Notes: generated from the letters alone by a model not told the origin. A DNA stretch of 43,303 nucleotides from Candidatus Magasanikiibacteriota bacterium (GCA_016212585.1 JACRFU010000062.1:1-43303), one strand, 5' to 3'; positions 19,403-28,988 are shown, counted from the first letter of the stretch. Made by a program: numbers and translations.

Positions 19403-20076
19403 GCTTGTAATAAAAATATTGTTTCGGTTCGCAACTTTACTCGAGCCCAGTCTTTCTGCGATTCATTGAGCATCTCCCCAAGACCGTCAAGGATATGTCG
19501 GTTATCCATTTTCTCTAAAAGTTCTACGCATTTAACCAAAACATCTTTAAATGGCATCTTGGCACGATCTTCAACCAATTTTATATTTATCGGCCAATTA
19601 TTTTTAGCAAAAAAATACACATCATATACATCACGACTCGTTTTGCCGATTCGTTCATACATGGCCATTAACTTATTGGCAAACATATCTTCTTTGACCA
19701 TCACGGGCATTGAAATTCCCAATAATATTTTTAATTCATAGCGAGAACCAAAATTTCGACGATTGACTTCTATCTTGATATTCTGAGATTTTAAATCGTA
19801 TGAAATAACCGTGACCAAATTAAATCTTTTAATCCTTGCGTCAACAATTTTGCCATAACTCACGGAAATCTTTTGAATTTTCTCAAATACTTGCTTCTCC
19901 TTGCTTTCATCCAAAAGATCAAGGTCAATATCAACAGAATTGCGGGTTAAGTCATAAAACATAAGAGCGGCAGTCCCGCCTTTAAAACCTAGATAAGGAG
20001 AGAGTGATGTATCAGAAAAAATATCTTTCAAAATTTGTAATAAGATATTTTTATGTTTCGGATAGTCTAACGTCAT
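19381..20076 (-). CDS. AbiEii/AbiGii nucleotidyltransferase toxin (type IV TA)
   Basis: FKGGTA, RNSVDIDLD, ANKL and RDVYD. Confidence 0.9.
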   Translation of the reverse strand: MTLDYPKHKNILLQILKDIFSDTSLSPYLGFKGGTAALMFYDLTRNSVDIDLDLLDESKEKQVFEKIQKISVSYGKIVDARIKRFNLVTVISYDLKSQNIKIEVNRRNFGSRYELKILLGISMPVMVKEDMFANKLMAMYERIGKTSRDVYDVYFFAKNNWPINIKLVEDRAKMPFKDVLVKCVELLEKMDNRHILDGLGEMLNESQKDWARVKLRTETIFLLQAWLESKK

Positions 20077-20087
20077 ACCCTTTTATC

Positions 20088-20648
20088 TCATAATTTATTG
20101 TCTTTGTAATGTTTTAAATATTCCGCAACCTTTTTTTCCATTCTCTTGTTACGATATATCGGCAAAATTTCAAAAACTTTTTCCCAATCCAAAACATCCA
20201 AGTGATCAAAATGGTAATCTTTACTAATATATATCCTATCCAAAAATGCCCGTTCTTTTGTGGCCGTAGATATGTCATTTGTATGTTCAATTCCCATTGT
20301 GTTGCTTAAAACGTAATCTTTCATCCTGATGAAAGATATCTTTTGTCCATCAGCTTCAATCTCACGAGTAACATATGAAGCAACAAAAATGTTTCCGTAA
20401 TATTGAAAATTTACTCCGGCACGTGTTAATACCGTTTCAAAACTGATATATGAAGGGGTATAAATTCTAGTAGCCAACTCAAAACGGTTATAGTTTTTAT
20501 CTTTAGCGTAAATACCCTGATAAATTCTAATCAATTTCCCTTTTTTTGCATAATTGCTTAATCTTACCCGAACATTGGTTGTGCCTTGTTCACCCCACAA
20601 CAAAGCAATGTCTCTAGTGGAAAAGACAGTTTTAGGAGATCGTAACAA
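20088..20648 (-). CDS. AbiEi-type antitoxin (type IV TA)
   Basis: LIRIYQGIY, SYISFETVL and ATKERAFLD; immediately upstream of AbiEii; start uncertain. Confidence 0.87.
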   Translation of the reverse strand: MLRSPKTVFSTRDIALLWGEQGTTNVRVRLSNYAKKGKLIRIYQGIYAKDKNYNRFELATRIYTPSYISFETVLTRAGVNFQYYGNIFVASYVTREIEADGQKISFIRMKDYVLSNTMGIEHTNDISTATKERAFLDRIYISKDYHFDHLDVLDWEKVFEILPIYRNKRMEKKVAEYLKHYKDNKL

Positions 20649-20692
20649 AATCTCAATATATTCACCTTTTAAGAGTTTTTTATTCGTATGTT

Positions 20693-20756
20693 TACTGGTA
20701 GTAAGCTTAAAACTTACTTCCAGTACAATTATACACCAAAACTAAATGGAAATCAA
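20693..20756 (-). promoter_or_regulatory. abiE promoter plus inverted-repeat operator
   Basis: TTGATT(20756-20751)-17bp-TATAAT(20733-20728); IR tactggtagtaag-7bp-cttacttccagta at 20693-20725 (12/13 match). Confidence 0.7.
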
Positions 20757-20764
20757 GGTCAACA

Positions 20765-20862
20765 CAGACTGTCTGAGAACTGCCATTTTAGAGTTTTTTT
20801 GAAATTTTTTTGGCTAATTTTAACACCGCAATTTTCTAAAAATTGAGTTTCTGGACAGTCTG
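20765..20862. repeat. Singleton element C with terminal inverted repeats
   Basis: cagactgtctgagaact...agtttctggacagtctg; ends resemble family A (gactgtc/gacagtc). Confidence 0.55.
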
Positions 20863-20887
20863 ATAAACCTCTAAATATTTGAAATGT

Positions 20888-22966
20888 CTATTTTTTCTTC
20901 CCTTCAATAATCAACTGCTCAACATTTCTTGGCACATCCGAGTAGTGCGAAAATTCCATAGAGTAACTCGCGCGGCCTTGCGTCATAGAACGCAGTTCCG
21001 TTGCGTAGCCAAACATTTCAGAGAGCGGCACATCAGCATCTATCACCTTAATCCCCGCGCGATCGCGCATTTCTTTAATCTGTGCGCGTTTGGAGTTGAG
21101 ATTGCCAATAACGTCTCCCATAAATTGTTCCGGCGTTACCACTTCCACTTTCATAATCGGTTCCAAAATTACCGGCTTTGCTTTTTTAACCGCTTCTTGC
21201 AAAGCAAATGATCCTGCCAATTTAAATGCCTGCTCGGAAGAGTCAACTTCATGATATGAACCGTCAAACACCGTGGCCTTCACGTCAATCATGGGGTAGC
21301 CTGCCACCACACCGCGATCCAATGCTTCTTTGACGCCTTTTTGAATTGCGGGAATGTATTCTTTTGGAATCACACCGCCTTTTACTTCATCTTCAAACTC
21401 GTATCCTTTGCCTACTTCGTTTGGTTCAATCTTCAGCCAGCAATGGCCATATTGTCCACGACCGCCGGATTGGCGAATGTATTTACCTTCTGCTTTCGCG
21501 CTGGCGCGAATCGTTTCTTTGTACGCCACTTGCGGAGTACCAATGTTTGCTTCAACTTTAAACTCCCGTTTCATGCGATCCACAATAATTTCCAAATGCA
21601 GTTCCCCCATACCGGAAATGAGCGTCTGCATGGTTTCCGGATCGGACTTAATACGGAATGTGGGGTCTTCTTCACCCAATTTTTGCAAAGCAACACCCAT
21701 TTTTTCCTGATCCGCTTTAGTTTTGGGTTCAATCGCCACGGAAATAACCGGTTCCGGAAATGTGATAGATTCAAGAATTACCGGCCGGTCCGTTGAACAA
21801 ATCGTGTGTCCGGTAAAGGTGCTTTTTAATCCCACAATCGCGGCAATTTCGCCCGCGTACACTTCTTGCACTTCTTCACGGCTGTTGGCGTGCATGCGCA
21901 CAATGCGCCCCACCCGTTCTTTTTCACCGGTGATGGTATTGATCACATAAGAACCGGACTGCAAAATACCGGAATACACCCGAAAATACGCGAGCTTCCC
22001 CACAAACGGGTCGCTTGCGATTTTGAATACCAATCCCGCAAATGGTTCGTTATCCACGGGATGAACTTCAATCATTTTGGTCTCGTCATCCGAATCTTTG
22101 CCAATGAGCGCTGGCACATCCAAAGGCGATGGAAGAAAATCAACCACCGCGTCAAGCATAAATTGCACACCTTTGTTCTTGAGAGCACTTCCGCACAAAA
22201 TGGGAACAATTTCAAACTTCACCACCGCGGCACGCAAAACTTTTTTCAAATCCGCAACAAGAATTTCTTCTCCTACAAGATACTTGGTCATGAGAGCTTC
22301 ATCATTTTCAACAATTTTCTCAATGAGTTTGGTACGATATTCTTCCACTTTTGCTTTCATGTCTTCCGGCGGGTCAGATTCTTCAATTTCTCGTCCCAAA
22401 TCATCTTTATAGATATACGCGCGGCGGGTCAGCAAATCAATAATTCCTTTGAAATGTTCCTCGTCGCCGATAGGCAACTGATACGGAAGCGCGTTGGGTG
22501 TAAGGCGTTCGTTGATTGAACGAACATCTTTGAAGAAATCCGCGCCCATTCGGTCAAGCTTGTTCACAAAACAAATACGCGGCACTTTGTATTTGTCCGC
22601 TTGGCGCCACACGGTTTCGGATTGCGGCTCTACACCCGCTACACCGTCAAACACCACCACACCGCCGTCCAGCACACGCAACGATCGTTCCACTTCCGCG
22701 GTAAAATCCACGTGACCGGGGGTGTCAATAATGTTAATGCGAGTGTTCTTCCAAAAACAGGTGGTTGCGGCGGCGGTAATGGTAATGCCACGCTCCTGCT
22801 CTTGTTCCATCCAGTCCATAGTGGCGGCGCCTTCATGCACTTCACCAATTTTGTGTTTCTTGCCGGTATAAAACAAAATGCGTTCACTCACTGTAGTTTT
22901 ACCGGCATCAATGTGCGCGATAATACCAATGTTGCGAGTTCGTTCTTGAGAATATTCACGAGGCAT
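20888..22966 (-). CDS. fusA: Elongation factor G
   Basis: [21 protein letters not shown] and GMGELHLE. Confidence 0.99.
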   Translation of the reverse strand: MPREYSQERTRNIGIIAHIDAGKTTVSERILFYTGKKHKIGEVHEGAATMDWMEQEQERGITITAAATTCFWKNTRINIIDTPGHVDFTAEVERSLRVLDGGVVVFDGVAGVEPQSETVWRQADKYKVPRICFVNKLDRMGADFFKDVRSINERLTPNALPYQLPIGDEEHFKGIIDLLTRRAYIYKDDLGREIEESDPPEDMKAKVEEYRTKLIEKIVENDEALMTKYLVGEEILVADLKKVLRAAVVKFEIVPILCGSALKNKGVQFMLDAVVDFLPSPLDVPALIGKDSDDETKMIEVHPVDNEPFAGLVFKIASDPFVGKLAYFRVYSGILQSGSYVINTITGEKERVGRIVRMHANSREEVQEVYAGEIAAIVGLKSTFTGHTICSTDRPVILESITFPEPVISVAIEPKTKADQEKMGVALQKLGEEDPTFRIKSDPETMQTLISGMGELHLEIIVDRMKREFKVEANIGTPQVAYKETIRASAKAEGKYIRQSGGRGQYGHCWLKIEPNEVGKGYEFEDEVKGGVIPKEYIPAIQKGVKEALDRGVVAGYPMIDVKATVFDGSYHEVDSSEQAFKLAGSFALQEAVKKAKPVILEPIMKVEVVTPEQFMGDVIGNLNSKRAQIKEMRDRAGIKVIDADVPLSEMFGYATELRSMTQGRASYSMEFSHYSDVPRNVEQLIIEGKKK

Positions 22967-22978
22967 AAAAGTTCAAAA

Positions 22979-23446
22979 TTAACGAGCAAAATGAGCGAAT
23001 GCTTTGTTGGCGTCTGCCATGCGGTGCACATCGGCGCGTTTGCGCACGGCGTCACCTTGGTTCTCGGCGGCGGCCATTATCTCTTCGGCAAGTTTTTTAT
23101 GCATAGGCTTGCCTTTCTTGGCGCTCGCCGCGGCAATAAGCCAACGGAACGCGAGTGCGCGCTGGCGTTCTCCGCGCACCGGTATGGGAATCTGATAATT
23201 AGCGCCTCCCACGCGGCGGGATTTCACTTCTACCGTGGGAGAGAGATTCTTGTATGCAGAATCAAAAACCTCCATAGGGTCTTTATTCACCATTGATTTG
23301 ATAAAATCAAACGCGCCGTACACAATTTTTTGCGCGATGGTTTTTTTGCCGCGTTCCATGATGGTATTGATGAGTTTTGCAATCAATTCGCTTTGATAGC
23401 GTGGATCCGGAAGAATTTTTCGTTTAGGGGCTTGTTTTCCGCGCAT
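22979..23446 (-). CDS. rpsG: 30S ribosomal protein S7
   Basis: EVKSRRVGGANYQIP and MADANKAFAHF. Confidence 0.98.
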   Translation of the reverse strand: MRGKQAPKRKILPDPRYQSELIAKLINTIMERGKKTIAQKIVYGAFDFIKSMVNKDPMEVFDSAYKNLSPTVEVKSRRVGGANYQIPIPVRGERQRALAFRWLIAAASAKKGKPMHKKLAEEIMAAAENQGDAVRKRADVHRMADANKAFAHFAR

Positions 23447-23448
23447 AT

Positions 23449-23868
23449 TTATTTCTTAGGTTTCTTAATCCCATAGAGCGAACGGCTCCGTCTGCGTCCA
23501 GCAGCTCCTTGCGTGTCATATACGCCGCGCACAATGTGATACCGCACGCCGGGCAAATCTTTTACACGGCCGCCGCGAATCATGACAATGGAGTGTTCTT
23601 GCAAATTATGGCCAATACCCGGAATATACGCGGTTACTTCCATGCCGTTAGAAAGACGGACACGGGCGATTTTGCGCAAAGCGGAGTTTGGTTTTTTAGG
23701 GGTCATGGTGGTTACCTTGGTGCACACTCCGCGCAAAAACGGCCGGCCTTCCGCAAGCGATTTGCGGCGGCGGTGCAAAGTGTCCAGACCAACCTGAAGC
23801 GCGGGAGCCTTGCTTTTGTACTTCTGTACTTTGCGCCCCTTCTTAATCAATTGATGTATAGTAGGCAT
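23449..23868 (-). CDS. rpsL: 30S ribosomal protein S12
   Basis: [11 protein letters not shown] and [12 protein letters not shown]; start ATG 23868. Confidence 0.98.
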   Translation of the reverse strand: MPTIHQLIKKGRKVQKYKSKAPALQVGLDTLHRRRKSLAEGRPFLRGVCTKVTTMTPKKPNSALRKIARVRLSNGMEVTAYIPGIGHNLQEHSIVMIRGGRVKDLPGVRYHIVRGVYDTQGAAGRRRSRSLYGIKKPKK

Positions 23869-23966
23869 AAATAAAATAAAAACACTAATAATTAGTGCAA
23901 CTCTTTTTTTAAAGCGCGGGGCTTCCAACCACGAAAGCTTGCCTTTGCTTTTATTAACGTGAGATA

Positions 23967-23995
23967 AGTATATGATATGACGAAAAATATGTCAA
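23967..23995 (-). promoter_or_regulatory. sigma70 promoter of the str operon
   Basis: Minus strand TTGACA-17bp-TATACT about 100 bp upstream of rpsL. Confidence 0.8.
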
Positions 23996-24055
23996 GATTG
24001 CGCAATCTGGGCAAGAGTCTAATCTAAATGCACCACGATACATCACGGCTCACGT

Positions 24056-24105
24056 TTGACAACCTTTTACCAATAAGTTAAACTATAGATAATCTTAAGT
24101 TTAAC
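24056..24105 (+). promoter_or_regulatory. TA-operon promoter with palindromic operator
   Basis: TTGACA-17bp-TAAACT; IR gttaaact (24077-84) / agtttaac (24098-105). Confidence 0.65.
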
Positions 24106-24113
24106 CTTAAACT

Positions 24114-24338
24114 ATGCAGAAAATCAGCACAATTGTTGGAGTAAAAGAACTCCGAGAAAATTTAGACACATTTATCGCACAAATCAATAAAGGCGCGCGT
24201 TTCACCGTGGTGAGGCGTTCAAAACCCGTCTTTATCATAACACCTGTTACTGCGGATGAAGAATGGGAAGAAGTCGCGGATTTTACCAAAATTAAAAAAG
24301 GTGGAATAAAAATTGAGGAAATTTTATCCCGGCTATAG
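24114..24338 (+). CDS. Phd/YefM-family antitoxin
   Basis: VGVKELRENL...FTVVRRSKPVF; upstream of a RelE-like gene. Confidence 0.8.
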   Translation: MQKISTIVGVKELRENLDTFIAQINKGARFTVVRRSKPVFIITPVTADEEWEEVADFTKIKKGGIKIEEILSRL

Positions 24339-24342
24339 CGAT

Positions 24343-24588
24343 ATGACGGATAAAATTCAAAAATCTCTTGACACACTATCTGAAAAAGAAAAAGAAGTTG
24401 TGAAGGATCTGCTCATTAAAATCAAAACCGGGCGACTTTTGGGAGTTGATATCAAAAAATTAAAAGGTAGAGAAGATATCTATCGCGTGCGAAAAGGAAA
24501 AATAAGAATAATTTACAGAACGTCTGCCGATGGAATCTATCTCTTGGCAATAGAGCGGCGAAGTGAAACAACTTATAAAAATTTTTAA
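24343..24588 (+). CDS. RelE/ParE-family toxin
   Basis: IKKLKG, YRVRKGKIRIIY and RRSETTY. Confidence 0.82.
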   Translation: MTDKIQKSLDTLSEKEKEVVKDLLIKIKTGRLLGVDIKKLKGREDIYRVRKGKIRIIYRTSADGIYLLAIERRSETTYKNF

Positions 24589-24589
24589 A

Positions 24590-24615
24590 TAAAAAAACCA
24601 TGTGTTTGCATGGTT
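24590..24615. terminator. Putative terminator between convergent genes
   Basis: A-tract plus hairpin aaccatg-tgtttg-catggtt. Confidence 0.5.
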
Positions 24616-24674
24616 GAGTGGGGTTGGTTATCTTGTTCTTCTTACACGTGCAACGCGGTCAGGGTTTCAAGAAC

Positions 24675-25223
24675 TTATGCCACGTCGTAAGTGGGCGGAA
24701 AGACCTTGTCGTAGGTGTCCAAAATCACAGGATGTACACCATAGGACACAAGATCTGCGCGGGTGAATTCGTGAAGTCCGAATTCCTTAACGTACTCATT
24801 TGGATCAAGCTGAGTGGCCACATATAGACGTTCATCCGCAGAGAGCTCCACGTAGAATGTGTAAGTGAGCTGATCGAAGCCAATACCATGCGTCTCTGTC
24901 AGTCGATCTCTCAACAAATACCGCACCATGTCCACAAACAGGAAACGCCTTGGTTCCACAGACAGAGAGGTTTCACGGAAGAATGTCGCCGCCATTCCCT
25001 CTCGCGCTTCGAGCCCACACAGAAGCGCACCTCCAATCCACCACAACAAACCTTCAGCAGGTCTATTGATGTGGCGCGCAAGCCAAATTTTCTGGCTCAT
25101 TGTGTCCACAATGACCGCGTAAGTACAGACGCGAACGAAACGGTCCCCTGCCAAATCGCGAAACGTTGACGGTCGGCGACTTGTCATATCTTCTGTATAG
25201 AACTTTGGTTCTATTTTGGACAT
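24675..25223 (-). CDS. Divergent NUDIX hydrolase (GDP-mannose mannosyl hydrolase-like)
   Basis: NRPAEGLLWWIGG...FFRETSL resembles the GDPMH-type NUDIX box; ATG 25223 preceded by AGGAGAGG. Confidence 0.6.
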   Translation of the reverse strand: MSKIEPKFYTEDMTSRRPSTFRDLAGDRFVRVCTYAVIVDTMSQKIWLARHINRPAEGLLWWIGGALLCGLEAREGMAATFFRETSLSVEPRRFLFVDMVRYLLRDRLTETHGIGFDQLTYTFYVELSADERLYVATQLDPNEYVKEFGLHEFTRADLVSYGVHPVILDTYDKVFPPTYDVA

Positions 25224-25290
25224 GATTTTTGCCTCTCCTGCTGGTTGAATTGTCAAACATCGCGTTGTGCGCGCAAGACTCTCTTGCGGT

Positions 25291-25435
25291 TGTGAATTAC
25301 GAAACTGCGTTGAAGCAATGGCTTTGAGGGGACTGCGCAACCGCGGGTCGCGTGCGAGCTAGAGCAAAAATCCTTCAAGGATTTTATGCGTACCCCGAAA
25401 ATCTATTGCTTAAAAAAGCTGTTTCGTAATTCACA
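25291..25435. repeat. Singleton structured element D (MITE-like or ncRNA candidate)
   Basis: Perfect 15-bp IR tgtgaattacgaaac/gtttcgtaattcaca enclosing further nested stems. Confidence 0.65.
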
Positions 25436-25560
25436 GCTTACGAAATCGCAATATAGAGTATCATAACATAAAAAAACTATTTGTCCACACCCGCACCCCT
25501 TGCGCTCTAAACGCCGCTATCATAAAATGGGTTGGGCTTGTCTATTAACCTATAACCCTT

Positions 25561-27000
25561 ATGCGCTTCCTATACCCTGAAAATGAACGGCAAGAACTCA
25601 CCTACGAAGACGTATTTTTGATACCCCAGTATTCCGAACTCCCATCGCGAATGGTGGTTGACATAACACCAAGAAACAAACTTGGGACTATCCCCCTGGT
25701 GGTTTCAAACATGAACGCTGTTGCAGGCCGCCGCATGGCGGAAACCATGACGCGCCGCGGCGGTATTGTTGTGTTTCCGCAAGATATGAATTGGGAACGG
25801 GTAGAGCGGAGCGTGCGCTATGTAAAACAATGCCACGCGGTGTATGAGACAGCAGTTGTGCTGAATGAAGACGATGTTGTGCAAAATGGTTTGAATCTTA
25901 TCAACAAACGCGCGCATGGCGCCGTGATTGTGGTGAACAAAGAACAAAAACCTGTTGGTATTTTTACGGAAAAAGAAGCGCGCTATCAGGATCGCTACAC
26001 GGAGCTCAAACGGGTTATGCGTCCGGATCTGGTAACGGTCCCTTCTTCCGCTTCGCCGCAAGAAATTTATACACTTTTGGATAAAAATCGCATCTCGCTC
26101 GCTCCGGTGGTGTATCCAAATGGTACACTTGCCGGTGTAATGACTAAAAAAAGCATGGTGCGTTCTACTCTTTACAAACCCGCGCAAAACGAGCGAGGAG
26201 AATTGCTCACTGCCACGGCTGTGGGCATCAACCGCAAACTAGAAGAAACCATTGGTTTTCTTTTGACAATAGGAGTGGATATCATTGTGCTTGACACCGC
26301 GCATGGACATCAAAAAAGAATGTTGGACGCAATCCGCGTGGCACGCGGTTTGATGGGCCCCACGCGTCCGCTCGTGGCGGGCAACGCGGTTACGCCGGAA
26401 GCGACACGCGACTTTTTGCAAGCGGGAGCGTCAATTGTAAAAGTTGGCGTAGGACCCGGCGCCATGTGCACTACGCGTATGATGACCGGCGTAGGCAGGC
26501 CGCAATTTTCCGCGGTACTGCAATGCTCACGCGTGGCGCGAGAGTCTGGCGGCAGTATATGGGCGGATGGCGGCGTGCGCCACCCGCGCGATGTCGCGCT
26601 TGCGTTGGCGGCCGGCGCAAGCCATGCCATGTTCGGCTCATGGTGGGCAGGAACATATGAAAGCGTGGGGGACATTCAATATGACGAACAAGGCCGCACG
26701 TACAAAGAAAACTTTGGCATGGCGTCACGCCGCGCCGTCATAGACCGCACCAACGCGGCGGAAGTATTTGAGCAAGCGCGCAAAAAATATTTTGAAGAAG
26801 GCATAAGCTCATCGCGTATGTATTTAAAAAAAGGAGAAGAGAGCGCGGAGGATATTATTGATAAAATAACCGCAGGAGTGCGTAGTGCGTGCACTTACGT
26901 CGGCGCCGCCAATCTGGAGGAATTTCACCACAAAGCGCTTGTGGGCGTACAAACCCAAGCGGGATATAATGAAGGTAAGGCATTAAAAGAGAGCTGGTAA
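25561..27000 (+). CDS. guaB1: GuaB1-family IMP dehydrogenase-related protein / GMP reductase with CBS domains
   Basis: ELTYEDVF, NMNAVAGRRMAET, DTAHGHQ, GVGPGAMCTTRMMTG, FGMAS and EEGIS. Confidence 0.85.
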   Translation: MRFLYPENERQELTYEDVFLIPQYSELPSRMVVDITPRNKLGTIPLVVSNMNAVAGRRMAETMTRRGGIVVFPQDMNWERVERSVRYVKQCHAVYETAVVLNEDDVVQNGLNLINKRAHGAVIVVNKEQKPVGIFTEKEARYQDRYTELKRVMRPDLVTVPSSASPQEIYTLLDKNRISLAPVVYPNGTLAGVMTKKSMVRSTLYKPAQNERGELLTATAVGINRKLEETIGFLLTIGVDIIVLDTAHGHQKRMLDAIRVARGLMGPTRPLVAGNAVTPEATRDFLQAGASIVKVGVGPGAMCTTRMMTGVGRPQFSAVLQCSRVARESGGSIWADGGVRHPRDVALALAAGASHAMFGSWWAGTYESVGDIQYDEQGRTYKENFGMASRRAVIDRTNAAEVFEQARKKYFEEGISSSRMYLKKGEESAEDIIDKITAGVRSACTYVGAANLEEFHHKALVGVQTQAGYNEGKALKESW

Positions 27001-27210
27001 TATCTGCGCCGCGGGACAAGTATATGGACATCACAAAGAGACCAGTTCATGAAAAAGCCACAACCGTTCACCATGCCACGCGCGTCTTCAGCGTCTGGAT
27101 ACCAATCAAGCGCTTGCAAAAACACTTGAGCGCACTGGACATTTGCGTACTCGACCCAACACCCGTCATTATCAATAAAGCCACAACCTTCCAAAAATTC
27201 ATACAAAATA

Positions 27211-27236
27211 CACTCAATTAACTTTGAGTGCTTTTT
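27211..27236 (+). terminator. Putative intrinsic terminator
   Basis: cactcaa-ttaact-ttgagtg followed by cttttt. Confidence 0.55.
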
Positions 27237-27374
27237 AATCCGCGTGCCTGATATTGATTTTTTTTTAAAAAAATGCTATAAGATACTAATCGAGTGTTCT
27301 TTTATCACTTAAGCGTCCAAAGGGGGGCGCTTTGAATAATCCATACTCTAACCCAAAAAAAGAAAGGGTGAGTC

Positions 27375-28697
27375 ATGAGACAAATCTACGCTTTCCTGCG
27401 GACTCCGGATATCGGACTGCAGATCGCAGGTGCGCCGCATCAAACGCTCGCTGCGTTGCCGACGACAACACAAAAAGTGTTTGAACGGCTGTATAGAGCC
27501 GCGCTGTACTTCAAAAGCAACAAAGAAGCGCCGCGCGCGCCGGTCATCACAGAACTTCTCCAAACATATTTGGACGGACACGATGCCGCGTCCTACTACG
27601 CGCAGCTTCCTGCCGCCATTGTTGAAATCCATGAGTATTTCGCGGATTTTGTGCGGTTCTACCTGCCACGCGATCTCCGCCAGCTCTTCACCTCTGAAGG
27701 TATTATCACGAACATCGATGATCCTGCAGATCTCGTGGTGAGTATTTTCTTTCCTCATGAAATCCATGGAAATGGGAGAACGGAACACATCTCTAGACTT
27801 GCAGAGATCCGTTCATGGATTGCCTTGCGCACATGGTTTTGCGCCGTACGATGGCTTACGGAGAGAAGCATACTCCAACGCGGACGCGATCACATGCAAA
27901 GAATCACTGCGGCGTTTGAAGATGATGTCTTTGAGGCATGCGAGAGAGACAGGATGCGCGTCCTCAACATCACTTACGATCCGCATAGATTCACATTCCG
28001 TGGAATCGCGCATACGCCAAATGGCAAAACAACCATCGCCATGCCGCTCTCCATCCGCCGTATTGACATCAAAGGGTCGCCCGTAGAAGTGATCTTTGAT
28101 AGTCGCGTCAAATCACCCCACTCAGTTTGGAGAAAAATCAGCGCGTCGCGCAGGTTGGCTGATCACCTCGCGGAAATGCTCATTTTCTTCACTGAAGATG
28201 ATTTTAAAAAAACTCTGTCAATGCTGAATCGTGTCGTACTCCATGACGAAACTGCCAAAGTCAAAAACGGCACGCGAGTGGACAGCACACCCAATCTTAA
28301 CGCGTTCACCTATGCTGGAGTGTTCTGGAGCGGGACAATCCATTTAGGAGGCGTCGCCTCAGAGCTTGAATGCTCATCTATAGAGCGATACTTCAACAGC
28401 ATGGCGGGGCTCAACTTGTTCAACCACCTCGCCTATGAAGTACGGCGGCTCATCCGGCAAAGTGCAGACGGGTCTCCCTCTCTCTGGGAGATGATTTTCC
28501 CCGCAGCACTCTATACGCCGCTCACGCTTGACCTCAAAATCAAGATGATCGTGCGTCAGCTTGCGTCAGTTGCACAAGATTTCTATCCGCATGATCAACG
28601 AGCGCGCGTAGAAATTGATCGCGTGAGCAAACTGCTTCTCGCGCATCCTAACGGGGTTGATGATCCGCTCTCGGTAAGAGGTCTCATAAGGATCTAA
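27375..28697 (+). CDS. Hypothetical protein with divergent RelA/SpoT synthetase-like motifs
   Basis: 440-aa ORF; SRVKSPHSVWRK, DHLAEMLIF, ELECSS and NHLAYE occur in the order of RSH synthetase motifs. Confidence 0.6.
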   Translation: MRQIYAFLRTPDIGLQIAGAPHQTLAALPTTTQKVFERLYRAALYFKSNKEAPRAPVITELLQTYLDGHDAASYYAQLPAAIVEIHEYFADFVRFYLPRDLRQLFTSEGIITNIDDPADLVVSIFFPHEIHGNGRTEHISRLAEIRSWIALRTWFCAVRWLTERSILQRGRDHMQRITAAFEDDVFEACERDRMRVLNITYDPHRFTFRGIAHTPNGKTTIAMPLSIRRIDIKGSPVEVIFDSRVKSPHSVWRKISASRRLADHLAEMLIFFTEDDFKKTLSMLNRVVLHDETAKVKNGTRVDSTPNLNAFTYAGVFWSGTIHLGGVASELECSSIERYFNSMAGLNLFNHLAYEVRRLIRQSADGSPSLWEMIFPAALYTPLTLDLKIKMIVRQLASVAQDFYPHDQRARVEIDRVSKLLLAHPNGVDDPLSVRGLIRI

Positions 28698-28729
28698 GCG
28701 ACTTCGCATCACACATCAAAATACTAACC

Positions 28730-28790
28730 AAACACCCCAACCGGTGTTTTTTTATAACAAAAAATCGTCCCAACACGCGCTGGGGCGATT
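28730..28790. terminator. Back-to-back intrinsic terminators
   Basis: aaacacc-ccaacc-ggtgttt plus T-tract (plus strand); A-tract plus aatcgtccca...tggggcgatt (minus strand). Confidence 0.6.
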
Positions 28791-28806
28791 CCTCATTTTG
28801 TAAATC

Positions 28807-28988
28807 TATGGACATCACATTTAGAAATCGCACTAAGCATTCTTTAATATGGATGATGTGCGAGCACGTTGGAACGAAAAAATAAGCGAGCTGTATTACC
28901 TATACAGCGAGCTTATTTTTTTGTGAAACGAGAAGCACATCGCCATAGTAATGGATTATGAGTGCGATTTCTAAATGTGATGTCCATA
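28807..28988 (+). mobile_element. Family E palindromic element, 182 bp
   Basis: Perfect 28-bp IR tatggacatcacatttagaaatcgcact (28807-34) / 28961-88; homologous end at 1-62. Confidence 0.85.

Noticed and set aside
15363..23296. Long plus-strand ORFs (e.g. 15363..16061, 21866..22519, 22601..23296)
   Set aside because: Antisense shadows of tuf, fusA and rpsG with no independent motifs
26925..27221. Short ORFs after guaB1 and a 13-bp match (tatggacatcaca, 27023) to the family E arm
   Set aside because: No recognisable protein motif and no partner arm; may be a remnant or chance
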